Shown piece by piece: positions 1-9,702 of a stretch of DNA of 64,000 nt. The first letter of the stretch is position 1. Every line of letters starts with the position of its first letter. Under the pieces are notes generated by a model. The model did no database searches. It worked only from the letters and a program-made list of their open reading frames with translations, and had not been told where the DNA came from. The translations under genes were made by a program, and so were the position numbers. The stretch comes from Myxococcota bacterium (GTDB taxonomy: Bacteria; Myxococcota_A; SURF-8): the NCBI GenBank assembly GCA_965140415.1, contig OZ223209.1, forward strand, positions 2,048,001 through 2,112,000, given 5' to 3'.

Positions 1-373
1 GCTGTATGCCGTCGGCCAGCAGTTCCAGAAATTCCTCGTGTACGGCGGTGATCTGGCGCGACATGCGATCCAGCATGAAACTGAGCGTCACCCGCCACAG
101 ATCGGTCACCGCTTCGTAATGTTCTTTGCGGGAACCTTTTACCCAGACTTTGCGGGCAAAGCCGCCTTCCATCAGGGTTTTTAATGCCGTGCTGACGTTG
201 CCGCGCGATGCGCCGGACAATTCCATGATCTCATCCTGGGTCAACGGACGGTTCGACAGTACCAGCCGCCCCAGAACGCGCCCCTCCGAAACACCCACAA
301 TGCCGATATCTTTGGCAAAGCGGCCCATTGCCTCAACGAGTTGGTTTTCGAGATCCGCGATTACGCGCGCCAT
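1..373 (-). CDS. GbsR/MarR-type winged-helix transcriptional regulator (3' end runs off the window)
   Basis: Manually translated, absent from the ORF track: MARVIADLENQLVEAMGRFAKDIGIVGVSEGRVLGRLVLSNRPLTQDEIMELSGASRGNVSTALKTLMEGGFARKVWVKGSRKEHYEA. This is a typical HTH plus wing of the GbsR/MarR group. Confidence 0.8.
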   Translation of the reverse strand, partial: MARVIADLENQLVEAMGRFAKDIGIVGVSEGRVLGRLVLSNRPLTQDEIMELSGASRGNVSTALKTLMEGGFARKVWVKGSRKEHYEAVTDLWRVTLSFMLDRMSRQITAVHEEFLELLADGIQ

Positions 374-393
374 TTTCAAACCTTTTTGAAAAT
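372..393. promoter_or_regulatory. Inverted repeat ATTTTCAAA-N4-TTTGAAAAT, candidate operator of the adjacent regulator
   Basis: Perfect 9-bp arms overlapping the regulator start codon in the divergent intergenic region. Confidence 0.5.
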
Positions 394-464
394 CATAAAA
401 ACAAAACCACTTTATCCTATTGTGTGCAGTGCGTCAAGAGCAGGATGACGCGTCATTTTGTCGC

Positions 465-492
465 TTGCCTATTCAAGGACAGCCGCTATAAT
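465..492 (+). promoter_or_regulatory. sigma70-like promoter of the 528 gene and rmuC
   Basis: TTGCCT-16 bp-TATAAT upstream of the RBS AGAGG. Confidence 0.5.
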
Positions 493-527
493 AAGCTTAC
501 ATTCAATAGCTTTATAGAGGTTGAACG

Positions 528-1769
528 ATGTTGCAGGCTGGATTCGGAAAACAGGAGATCACCCCGGCTGGGACGACGTCATTGGCTGGGTATTTCACGT
601 GGTTGAAGCAGCGTCGCTCCAGCCATATCCGCGATCCGCTTTTTGTGCGCGCGATCGCTTTGCGGGACGGCGACACGACCTTGATTCTATTGGCTTACGA
701 TCTGCTGCTGATCACCGATTCCATGCAACGCGACCTTTGTGCGCGTCTTAAAGGCTGCGGTGCAACGGTGATCGTGCATGCAACTCACACCCATTCCGCA
801 CCGGGAGGCTATTGGAATACCTTCACCGCACGCTTGGCAATGGGAGCTTATAAGCCGGGTATGATGGAGTTTCTCTGTCATGCAGGGGAGGGCGCAGCCA
901 GGCAGGCGATGGATGCATTGGCTCCCTGTCACTGGTCGGTGCGTAGCGGTCATCTGCCCGAACTGGCCAAAAACCGTCGCGACGAAAACGGCCCGGTGGA
1001 TGATGGCTTGTGGGCGCTGCGTTTCATTCGAGACGCCAAGGAAGACAAAGAGGGGCTGTTGGTGGGTTTCTCCGGTCATCCGGTGATCGTTGCGGAACGC
1101 GAACCAGGCGCCGTTTCCGCAGATTTTCCCGGAGAAGTCGTGCGGCGTATTGAGGAAAAGGTGGCTTTCGCTGCATTTGTAAACGGTGCGCTGGGCGGGG
1201 TAGACGTTCACTTTCCTGATGTGCCGATCCCGGTGGAACAGAATTTACAGGAGCAGGCCGAACCGATTGTAACCGAAGCGTTGAAAGTCCGCCGTCGCCC
1301 AAAACGCAAAAAGGCCGGTTTGCGCATCGCTTGGCGTGAGTTTGCATTGCCACCGCGTGCGCAGGTGACTCCGACCTTCAAGGATCAACCGGGATGGCGC
1401 ATTCTCACAAAACCATTGGCGGCGCTGGCGTCTACGCTGTTCGACAGGGCGGAGATTCGTTCATATACGCTCAAAGGCTTTGCGCTGGGAGATGTATTGT
1501 TTATCGGCACCCCTGCTGATCTGGGCGTGTCGGTGAGTCTGGCTATTCAGCAATATGCCCGCGACAAGGGCTTTGCCTTTCCCTTCGTTGCCTCGCAATG
1601 CGATGGCTATATCGGATACCTGCACCGAGAGTCGGATTATGAACGGACGCCCAGCAAGGAGACGCGCTCCATGGCCATCTATGAAAATGTCATGAACATC
1701 TTTGGTCATGCTGCCGGAGAAGAACTGCTGACCAATGCATGCAGCTTGATCGATGAGTTGGTGGTGTAG
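528..1769 (+). CDS. Neutral/alkaline ceramidase N-terminal-domain-like hydrolase
   Basis: AGFGKQEITP start, DPLFVRAIAL, ATHTHSAPG, GHP...SADFPG and terminal GYIGY motifs. Confidence 0.75.
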   Translation: MLQAGFGKQEITPAGTTSLAGYFTWLKQRRSSHIRDPLFVRAIALRDGDTTLILLAYDLLLITDSMQRDLCARLKGCGATVIVHATHTHSAPGGYWNTFTARLAMGAYKPGMMEFLCHAGEGAARQAMDALAPCHWSVRSGHLPELAKNRRDENGPVDDGLWALRFIRDAKEDKEGLLVGFSGHPVIVAEREPGAVSADFPGEVVRRIEEKVAFAAFVNGALGGVDVHFPDVPIPVEQNLQEQAEPIVTEALKVRRRPKRKKAGLRIAWREFALPPRAQVTPTFKDQPGWRILTKPLAALASTLFDRAEIRSYTLKGFALGDVLFIGTPADLGVSVSLAIQQYARDKGFAFPFVASQCDGYIGYLHRESDYERTPSKETRSMAIYENVMNIFGHAAGEELLTNACSLIDELVV

Positions 1770-1772
1770 TTG

Positions 1773-2975
1773 ATGGAACACATGTACGTATGGATGCTTT
1801 CCGGGGGAGTTGCGGCTCTGCTCTTGCTGATTGTCTTGATCTGGCGGCTGACTGTATCTGCGCGACAGGCTCGGCGCGATTTGGAGCGGCAGCAGTTGCA
1901 GACGCGACTGGAACAGGTCGAGCATCATGTGGCGCAGTCACTCGCTGATGTATCGGAAAAAACCGCGTTGCGCCTGAACGATCTGTCCGAACGGCTCGAT
2001 GCCAAATTTCAGCAGACGGCGCAAATCCTGGCACAGAACCTGGGCGATGTGTCCGGTCGTATCGATAAACGCCTGGGAGACAGCATTCAAATGGCCCGGC
2101 ATTCCTCCGAGCAGACCAACCAACGTCTGGAAGGAGCAAGCCGCGCCGTTGGCGATGTGCAGGCCCGGTTGGTGGAACTTTCCGAAGCCAACCGCCGTAT
2201 TTTCGAGTTGGGTCGCAGCATGAAGGAGTTGCAACAGATCTTGAGCGCACCCAAGCTGCGCGGTGTGCTGGGGGAAATCTTATTGGGAGAACTACTCGGT
2301 CAGATTCTCCCTGCCAGTCTTTACGAATTGCAATATGCCTTTTCTACGCGGGAGACGGTGGATGCCGTGGTGCGACTACAGGGAGGCATTTTGCCCATCG
2401 ACGCCAAGTTTCCTTTGGAGAATTTCCGCAAGCTGGCTCAGGCCACCGATCCGGACGAACGCGGGAAAATCAGGCGCGTCTTTCTGCGGGATGTCAAAAA
2501 GCGCATCGATGAAATTGCGACGAAATATATTCGGCCCGACGAAGCCACACTGGAGTTGGCGCTTATGTATATTCCGGCGGAAGGTGTTTATTACGAAAGC
2601 TTCCTGCGCCCCGATTCATACGGGGCGGACTTGTCCGACTACGCCCTTTCCCGGCGCGTGATTCCCGTTTCTCCCAATAGTCTGTATGCCTATTTGCAGA
2701 TCATCCGTATGGCGGCTCGTGGTTTGCAGGTGCAGTCGCATGCCCGCGAAATACTGGATCTGCTCGGTTCCTTGAAAGTGGAATTCGATCAGGCGAAAGA
2801 CGAAGCCGCCAAGCTTGGTCGTCATCTTGGCAATGCTGTAAACAGCCAACAGGCATTGGATCGCCGTCTGGATCGGCTGGGGAATACGCTGAAACGCCGG
2901 GATGACCTGTTCGACTTGCCGGAAAACTCACCTGGAAATGGAGAAGAGTTGGCGAGTCGAGATGCTTCAAGGTGA
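1773..2975 (+). CDS. rmuC: DNA recombination protein RmuC
   Basis: N-terminal TM anchor, coiled coil, PKLRGxLGE, DAVVRL...IDAKFP and MYIPAEGVY motifs. Confidence 0.92.
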   Translation: MEHMYVWMLSGGVAALLLLIVLIWRLTVSARQARRDLERQQLQTRLEQVEHHVAQSLADVSEKTALRLNDLSERLDAKFQQTAQILAQNLGDVSGRIDKRLGDSIQMARHSSEQTNQRLEGASRAVGDVQARLVELSEANRRIFELGRSMKELQQILSAPKLRGVLGEILLGELLGQILPASLYELQYAFSTRETVDAVVRLQGGILPIDAKFPLENFRKLAQATDPDERGKIRRVFLRDVKKRIDEIATKYIRPDEATLELALMYIPAEGVYYESFLRPDSYGADLSDYALSRRVIPVSPNSLYAYLQIIRMAARGLQVQSHAREILDLLGSLKVEFDQAKDEAAKLGRHLGNAVNSQQALDRRLDRLGNTLKRRDDLFDLPENSPGNGEELASRDASR

Positions 2976-3051
2976 CCGATTTGTGCTGTCGGGGTTTCGA
3001 TCAACAGTCAGTATGCCAATCTGCTGGTCAGTTGTGGGAGGCCTGGATCGT

Positions 3052-4560
3052 TTATTGTACCACTTTCGCAACTAATGCATTTTCGTCTTTGTATACAATC
3101 TCGAACCCTTGGCCGGTATTGATCTGAGCTAACAGACCAGCGGCAGTTCCCGAGAACAGTTTTGAAATCACAACATAATGAGAATTGAATCTACTGACGA
3201 TGATGTGATTTGCGTTGGCGTTAGGTTTGCGTAACAGTAGAATGAAGTCTTTGTACAAATCTGCGTCGTAATAGGCCATTAGCGAATGGTTTGCACCTTC
3301 GGTGTAGCGGTATTCCGGTGCATAGTACAGCAGTTCGGAAAAGTCACCGCTGTAAACGTTAAAAATGACAGACCCCTTTTCCACGTTCGCCTTCAGGTAT
3401 TGGGTAACCCCTTTCATCCGTTCCGGGGTGAATGCGGCTTTCTGACGCAGATTGTATAGATCCGGAATCGTATGCATCGAGGCTGCGATCAAGGCTACAG
3501 CTAAAAGAGCCGCTCCCAGTGTATTACCCAATTTCTTACGAGCGGTTTCCTCGCTTAGCAGAAATCCTACTGCAAGTATCGGGAAAAGTCCGAAGTATTC
3601 AAAAAAGCGTACCGAGTGTACGGTTGCTGCGAAGTACAGCACGCAAAGTGCAAGCAAGTGCAAACTTTCCACTTTGGGTATTTTGCGATTGAGTAAATGC
3701 AGGCTCATGGCAATTCCCAATAGAATCAATGGGATAGTGCATTCTGTCAATACTCGGAAGATGCTTAATCCGTGCCATTCCGCAGGAGCGGCGACTCCAA
3801 CTGGGGAGTGGGATAAAAACAATGTATGACCCACCAGAAACGTGATTGAGTTGGGGAAGGTCGGGTTTAAAACCAGCGATACGGAAAAGCCGAGCACTGG
3901 TGCAAGCAGCAACGTAGACACCCACTTTCCCTCTCGTAGTCGAACGAGAAAAAAGTAAAGGAAAGCGATTGGAATTATTTGTAAAGAAGCATGATAAAGC
4001 CAGCCATAAATCAATGACACAATAAAAATCGGTACTTTTTTCCTTTGGTACAGCGTGTGTAAGAACAAAACGAGAAAGAATACGGATGCGGTGACCGGGC
4101 GAGGCATCAATAGGCGTTCAGCAAACGGCATGATCCCTAGAAATAGTAATAATAACAGCAATGTAGGGAAGCGTAATTTCATTTTGGCAAATAGAATGCC
4201 GACTGCCAAACAAACCAAGGCCAGCCATACCAATGTTGCAGTGGAAGTGGCAAGCAGTGGATCATCGATCAGCAGTGCAAAGGGAGAGAGGAGCAGATTG
4301 AACAGCAAGTGTTGATCGGCGAAATGCGTCGCCAGATCGGAAAATGGCAATGTCGGAAATTGCCGTATAAAACCATGCGTTGCGTAAAGCTTGGCCATGG
4401 CGAGATGGTAGTAGCCTAAGGGGTAATTCGTCGCATGCTTGGCTCCCAAGTACATCGCAGCAAGAATCAGTACAAGAATTGACACAGCAATAAAAGTAGC
4501 GATTTGCAGGGACTTTTGAGGTTTGGAATGAAGGGAGGAAACCTCTATTTGGTTAGCCAT
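3052..4560 (-). CDS. Polytopic membrane protein, GT-C-fold glycosyltransferase-like
   Basis: About 11-12 hydrophobic segments, N-terminal loop YYHLAMA...DQHLLF and a C-terminal soluble domain. Visibly AT-richer than the flanks. Confidence 0.55.
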   Translation of the reverse strand: MANQIEVSSLHSKPQKSLQIATFIAVSILVLILAAMYLGAKHATNYPLGYYHLAMAKLYATHGFIRQFPTLPFSDLATHFADQHLLFNLLLSPFALLIDDPLLATSTATLVWLALVCLAVGILFAKMKLRFPTLLLLLLFLGIMPFAERLLMPRPVTASVFFLVLFLHTLYQRKKVPIFIVSLIYGWLYHASLQIIPIAFLYFFLVRLREGKWVSTLLLAPVLGFSVSLVLNPTFPNSITFLVGHTLFLSHSPVGVAAPAEWHGLSIFRVLTECTIPLILLGIAMSLHLLNRKIPKVESLHLLALCVLYFAATVHSVRFFEYFGLFPILAVGFLLSEETARKKLGNTLGAALLAVALIAASMHTIPDLYNLRQKAAFTPERMKGVTQYLKANVEKGSVIFNVYSGDFSELLYYAPEYRYTEGANHSLMAYYDADLYKDFILLLRKPNANANHIIVSRFNSHYVVISKLFSGTAAGLLAQINTGQGFEIVYKDENALVAKVVQ

Positions 4561-4898
4561 TCGATGGTTCGCTTTCGTGAAGATTGTGTGTCCAATTCAA
4601 ATAAATGCTATCCTAAAAATGGAAATTCAACAAGAAAATTAAGGGCTAAGGCAGATTCTGAGATCAAGCTGAAAATTATTAATTTAAGGTTGCGTAATGA
4701 TTATAGGCAAAACTGTGTCGGCTCTTTTGTCTGAATGCAATAAAGTGCAGAAAATGCAAACATCAAATGTCAATATTTTTGAAATAAGCAGAATATAAAT
4801 ATAGTGAATTCTAAAAAATGCGAAATAAGAAGAAAACAGTTGACAGTTTTGTGTAGCGAGGGGTAGCTTTTCCTAAATGAATGACAAGGAGAGTTACC

Positions 4899-6239
4899 AT
4901 GCTTCGCCAAATGGAAATCAAGTTGGACAGGGACAACAAGATCTCGATAGGGATGCTGCTGCTGTTGCTTTTTCTGCCGAATGTAGCTTTTGCCGAATCG
5001 GGAGCGGCGACTTTGCCGGTGGATACGGGAACCACGGCCTGGATGCTCATTTCCACAACACTGGTTCTGTTGATGGTGCCCGGTCTGGCGATGTTCTACG
5101 GCGGTCTGGTGCGAACCAAGAATGTCTTGGGAACGATGATGCACAGTTTCGCCGCCATGGCGATTATCGGTGTGATATGGACTGTATTCGGATATGCCAT
5201 GGCGTTTGGACCGGGGACAGGCTGGGCCGGTTGGGACTGGGATCTGGTGTTGCTTCGCGGTATCGATAGTGGTTTGATGCCGATTGACGTCAATGGTCAG
5301 CAGATGGCGATTCCCATGCTGGTATTCGCCATGTTCCAGGGGAAATTCGCCATTATTACTCCGGCTTTGATTGCAGGTGCTTTCGCCGAGCGTGTACGCT
5401 TTAAAAGCTACTGTATTTTCATAGCTCTATGGAGCATCCTGGTGTACAACCCGCTCTGTCACTGGGTCTGGTCGGGCGATGGTTTCCTGGCGGGAAAAGC
5501 GATTGATTTCGCTGGCGGAACGGTCATTCATATCAGTTCCGGTGTGGCCGGTCTGGTCATTGCGCTTTTCCTTGGATCGCGCCGAGGCTATCCTGCAACT
5601 GCCATGCATCCTTCCAGTCTGGTTATCACCATGATCGGGGCAGGGCTGTTGTGGGTCGGCTGGTTCGGTTTCAATGCCGGCAGCGCGGTTTCCAGTGGCT
5701 TGCAGACCGCTCAGGCTTTGACTGTCACACAGGTTTCGGCGGCTATGGGCGCATTGACCTGGATCGTGATCGAAAGCATTCATCTTAAGAAAGCCACAAG
5801 CCTGGGGATGGTCTCCGGTATCTTGGCGGGACTGGTGGCCATCACTCCGGCGGCTGGAGATGTGCAACCTGCTGGTGCCATCGTACTTGGCGCGTTGGCT
5901 TCGATGATCTGCTACGGCGGTATCCAGTTGAAAAACCGTCTTGGTTACGACGACTCGTTGGATGTGTTCGGTATTCACGGCGTAGCGGGAATTGTTGGCG
6001 CCATCGGACTGGCGTTTCTGCTTCGTCCAACCGAAGGACGCCCGCCATTTCTGGAGCAGTTGATGTACCAGGGAGAAGGGGTGCTTATAAGCATCGTGTA
6101 TTCCGCTGTAGTGACCTTGGTACTTGTAATTGCTATCGAAAAGCTGTTCGGTTTCAAGATGAGCGAGACGGAGCAGATGGTGGGAATGGATCACGCTCTG
6201 CACGGGGAGCATGCTTATGGATTGTTGAATCTGGACTGA
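4899..6239 (+). CDS. amtB: Ammonium transporter
   Basis: PGLAMFYGG, DFAGGTVIH, WVGWFGFN and DDSLDVFGIHG motifs, with both pore His intact. Start placed after RBS AAGGAG. Confidence 0.97.
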   Translation: MLRQMEIKLDRDNKISIGMLLLLLFLPNVAFAESGAATLPVDTGTTAWMLISTTLVLLMVPGLAMFYGGLVRTKNVLGTMMHSFAAMAIIGVIWTVFGYAMAFGPGTGWAGWDWDLVLLRGIDSGLMPIDVNGQQMAIPMLVFAMFQGKFAIITPALIAGAFAERVRFKSYCIFIALWSILVYNPLCHWVWSGDGFLAGKAIDFAGGTVIHISSGVAGLVIALFLGSRRGYPATAMHPSSLVITMIGAGLLWVGWFGFNAGSAVSSGLQTAQALTVTQVSAAMGALTWIVIESIHLKKATSLGMVSGILAGLVAITPAAGDVQPAGAIVLGALASMICYGGIQLKNRLGYDDSLDVFGIHGVAGIVGAIGLAFLLRPTEGRPPFLEQLMYQGEGVLISIVYSAVVTLVLVIAIEKLFGFKMSETEQMVGMDHALHGEHAYGLLNLD

Positions 6240-6289
6240 ATGATGCTACAGGATTGATTGTTTAACGCATCGAAACGGAGAACGAAGCC

Positions 6290-6631
6290 ATGAAAATGAT
6301 TGTTGCCATCATTCAGCCGGATATGCTGAACCAGGTTAGAGAAGAACTGGTTAAAGCGGAGATTACAAGGATTACCGTCAGTCGCGTAGCCGGGCGAGGC
6401 CGAGCGACGGAAACCTATTTGTATCGCGGTCAGGAAGTTCCTCCGACGCTTCATCCGAAAATCCGGTTGGAGATTGCCTGTAATGACGAATTCGTCGATA
6501 TCACCGTAGATACCATCCTCAAGGTGGCTCGTCACGGAGATGGAACTACGGGCGATGGAAAGATCTTTATCCTGCCCTTGGAAGAATGTATCCGCATCAG
6601 TACGGGGACACGTGGAGGAAAGGCGATTTAG
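6290..6631 (+). CDS. glnK: P-II nitrogen regulatory protein
   Basis: MKMIVAIIQP, YRG T-loop and GDGKIFI. Directly downstream of amt. Confidence 0.93.
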   Translation: MKMIVAIIQPDMLNQVREELVKAEITRITVSRVAGRGRATETYLYRGQEVPPTLHPKIRLEIACNDEFVDITVDTILKVARHGDGTTGDGKIFILPLEECIRISTGTRGGKAI

Positions 6632-6643
6632 AAATCGAATCTG

Positions 6644-7570
6644 CTAGGATTCATCGAGCTTGCGGTTTCGATTGAACGCGGCGCGGGGCAGTGGTTGAAT
6701 GACTGTCGGTTCGCTGGTGTAAGGCTGGAATTCTTCGCCGCCATATAACATGTAATAGCGCGTCCAATGACCGTCGCAGCGATCCTGAAACACACAGTGC
6801 TCGCAGGCGTCGGCATGGGCTTTATCCGGATGTTTTGTGTATGTATACTGTTGCTGAATGGTCATATATTTATCGGCGCAGTCTTCATAACCTTTCAAAA
6901 AGCAGATCGGAATACCGCAGATGTCCGGTACACGACCAGTAACGCCAAGCTTGCGACACTCATCCAGTGCCGCATGTAGCTCCGCTTGAAAGTCCGTGAT
7001 TTTTGGAATCAGAGCCGGTGTCTGCCAGGCACGGTAGTAGGGATTGATCACGCTGAACACTAATTCCACTTTCGAGCCGAACAGGCGATGCATCACCCGC
7101 ACATATTCGGACATATGTCGCATATTCGGTGTGCAGATCACGTAGTTCAGCGTAACGGAAACACCTTGGTCCAGTAGGTTGCGGATGCCTTTCAATGTTA
7201 GTCGAAATCCACCGGGACGGCGGGTCAGATAGTCGCTTAGAGCTTCAGTGGCTGCGTGCAGCGACACAAAGCAGTCCGTCAGTCCAGCGTTTACCAATGA
7301 TGCCGTAAAGTCGGGATCGGCAAAGCGCATGGCGTTGGACTGGATACTGGCGCGGCGTTGTTTTTGCCGGATATAGTCGAGCAGTTTCGGTAGCATCGGC
7401 GATAGCGTCGGCTCGCCACCGGATATCTCGATTGCTTCATCCGAGGCGACGTTATCCAGAATGTGTTGAATGTCCGACCATTTGGAAGTGAGATCCTGAG
7501 TGTTTTTCGGATCGGCACCGCAGAACAGGCAATTCTGGTTGCAGTGTTTTTCGATCCGAAGCAGTGTCAT
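6644..7570 (-). CDS. Radical SAM enzyme with auxiliary Fe-S (partial SPASM-like) motif, third gene of the cluster
   Basis: CNQNCLFC, SGGEPTL, IPIC and CEHCVFQDRCDG. Start MTLL follows RBS GAGGAG, 1 nt after the upstream stop. Confidence 0.9.
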   Translation of the reverse strand: MTLLRIEKHCNQNCLFCGADPKNTQDLTSKWSDIQHILDNVASDEAIEISGGEPTLSPMLPKLLDYIRQKQRRASIQSNAMRFADPDFTASLVNAGLTDCFVSLHAATEALSDYLTRRPGGFRLTLKGIRNLLDQGVSVTLNYVICTPNMRHMSEYVRVMHRLFGSKVELVFSVINPYYRAWQTPALIPKITDFQAELHAALDECRKLGVTGRVPDICGIPICFLKGYEDCADKYMTIQQQYTYTKHPDKAHADACEHCVFQDRCDGHWTRYYMLYGGEEFQPYTSEPTVIQPLPRAAFNRNRKLDES

Positions 7571-7571
7571 C

Positions 7572-8606
7572 CTATTTCTCCTCGGTGATGGCGGAAAATT
7601 CCGATTCGCCATAGATTTCGAGGTAGTTGGACCAGACGCCGCCGCAGATTGGCAGCCACAGACAGGATTTGCAGGCGGTTGTCAGGCTTTTAAGCTCCTC
7701 TTTTTTCAGATCCTGCCAGATAAAGCGCTGCGTACCTTCCTCATCGGTCAAACGGTCGGTGGGATTGCCGAAGGAGGAGACGAAGGTTCGAATGTCCGTG
7801 TATTCGCCGATATAGCGGTGGCGCTTGTCCAGATCGTTGAAAAAGTCGGGTGGGAACGCACAATAGGGAATTTCACCAAAGGTTAAACGAATCTTGAACT
7901 CTCGTTCATTCAGATCGATCAGATCCAGAATCTGAGGGATGGCCTCATGGTAGCGGGGAACCAAGTCCTGTTTGTCTTTCGCTCGTCCTTCCGGACGGAT
8001 GTAGTTGAAACGGATATCGCTGATTCCGAGTTGCCTGAAAAAACGCACGAAACGCGGCAAGGTCGGCAGATTCTTTTGATTCAGCACGGCATTGATGCTG
8101 ATTACCGTTTTGCATACGCCATCTTTGCGCAGGCGTATCAGATTGCGGATGGCGCGAAGCTTGCGGATAAACGCGCCTTTACTGTTGGACAGGTAATCCT
8201 CTATCGAAGGAACTTCCGAATGGATGGACAGGCAATAGCGGTTCACGCCCAATTCCGCCGCTCGCTTGGCGAATTCCCAATCTCCCAATCGATACCCGTT
8301 GGTGTTCAATGTGATATCGTTAAATCCCAAGTCGCGAGCGGTTTCGAGCGTTTCGGTGAACCAGGGATACAGCGTCGGTTCGCCGCCCAATAAGCCCAGG
8401 CTATGCAGGCCGTGTTCCTGCGCGTAAAAACGCAACTCCCCTTTCAGTTTCTCCAAAGGAACCCAGCGTCGTTGCGCAGCCGAGGAATTGCTTTGCATGC
8501 AAAACAGGCATTTGTGATTGCAGGCATGACCCAGGTTGATGTCCACCCGTTCGCCACCGCCCTGTTTTGAAGAGAGCGGAATGTCCATGTTGCGCGGCTT
8601 GTCCAC
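7572..8606 (-). CDS. Radical SAM enzyme with auxiliary Fe-S motif, second gene of the cluster
   Basis: CNHKCLFC, LGGEPTL, TNG, IPYC and CKSCLWLPICGG. GTG start after RBS GAGGGGAG. Confidence 0.9.
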   Translation of the reverse strand: MDKPRNMDIPLSSKQGGGERVDINLGHACNHKCLFCMQSNSSAAQRRWVPLEKLKGELRFYAQEHGLHSLGLLGGEPTLYPWFTETLETARDLGFNDITLNTNGYRLGDWEFAKRAAELGVNRYCLSIHSEVPSIEDYLSNSKGAFIRKLRAIRNLIRLRKDGVCKTVISINAVLNQKNLPTLPRFVRFFRQLGISDIRFNYIRPEGRAKDKQDLVPRYHEAIPQILDLIDLNEREFKIRLTFGEIPYCAFPPDFFNDLDKRHRYIGEYTDIRTFVSSFGNPTDRLTDEEGTQRFIWQDLKKEELKSLTTACKSCLWLPICGGVWSNYLEIYGESEFSAITEEK

Positions 8607-8608
8607 GA

Positions 8609-9658
8609 TCAGCGCTCCCCTCGTTCTAAAATTGTCGGATCTTGTAGAAGAGATACGCCTTCTACCAGGGTGCCGCTTACCGGGACAAATTCCCGCGTTC
8701 CGCGCCGCCTGACGTATTCGGTATGTACTCCCTCGCAAATATCGCGATAGCGACAGCGAGTGCAACTTGCAGGCTTGATTTTGTAATGTCCCTTGGTGAT
8801 AAGGTTCTGAGGTTGTTTGCGGCTGGAGTTGGTTGCCACGAACTTGTTGACTTCACGCTCAACGGCACTTTCGCTCCAATACAACTCATCCATATATCGT
8901 TCTATGCCCTTTAAACGGCACAGCGGAACGTGTCCGATTGTAATTGGGATTTCCGGTTGTGCAAGTTTCAGCGCCTCACGCAAGGGCGCGTCCAACTGCT
9001 TATAGGTTGGCACCAGATTTTCGAAATGATCGTAAGCGCCGCCGATGGGACGCACGAAGGCCCAGAACAGGCGCTGTGCGCCGGAATCCAGTTGATGGCG
9101 CATCATATCGGGCAGTCGTTGCACGTTGCCGTTGTAAATTACGCTGCTAAGCGAAAACGGCATATTCTGCACTTTCAGGTTCTCCATCGCCAGGCAAACT
9201 TGATCGAAAGCTCCCGGCGATTGTACCGCCGCATCGTGCGTTTCGGCGTCGTGTCCGTGTAGGGACAGATAAAGCCGTGTGATGCCCGCAAGTTGCAAGG
9301 TGCGTGCGAACTTCTCATGGCGCAGCATGCGCCCGTTTGTGGTGAGCATAATGGTTTGGAATCCCAAGCGTTTCGCTTGAGCCACCAAGGTCGGAAAGTC
9401 CTTTCGAATCGTCGGTTCACCGCCCAGAAAAGTCAGATGTTGGAAGCCGCGCCCATACAGATCCTTCAGTGTTTTTAGCAGGAATTCGGTCGTTAAGGTT
9501 TCATGGACCTGTTTTGAAATATTCTGTTCACGGTTGCAGATTTCGGAGCAGAACACACACCGGTTGTTGCAGGCGTAACCTAAATTGATTTCCACCCGTT
9601 TTTGCTTGGGGTGCAGCAGCAAACTGTCGCTGACGTGTTCCGGGTTCTGTGTGGCCAT
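8609..9658 (-). CDS. Radical SAM enzyme with auxiliary Fe-S motif, first gene of the cluster
   Basis: CNNRCVFC, LGGEPT, TTNG, VPLC and CTRCRYRDICEG. Confidence 0.9.
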   Translation of the reverse strand: MATQNPEHVSDSLLLHPKQKRVEINLGYACNNRCVFCSEICNREQNISKQVHETLTTEFLLKTLKDLYGRGFQHLTFLGGEPTIRKDFPTLVAQAKRLGFQTIMLTTNGRMLRHEKFARTLQLAGITRLYLSLHGHDAETHDAAVQSPGAFDQVCLAMENLKVQNMPFSLSSVIYNGNVQRLPDMMRHQLDSGAQRLFWAFVRPIGGAYDHFENLVPTYKQLDAPLREALKLAQPEIPITIGHVPLCRLKGIERYMDELYWSESAVEREVNKFVATNSSRKQPQNLITKGHYKIKPASCTRCRYRDICEGVHTEYVRRRGTREFVPVSGTLVEGVSLLQDPTILERGER

Positions 9659-9702
9659 CGAATATCCGACTACCTTTGCAAGGACTCGTTACTCATGTTC
9701 CG

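Noticed and set aside
4730-4880. NtrC, sigma54 or NrpR sites upstream of amt
   Set aside because: TGCA repeats and a GG...TTCC are present, but spacing and sequence do not match the consensus sites.
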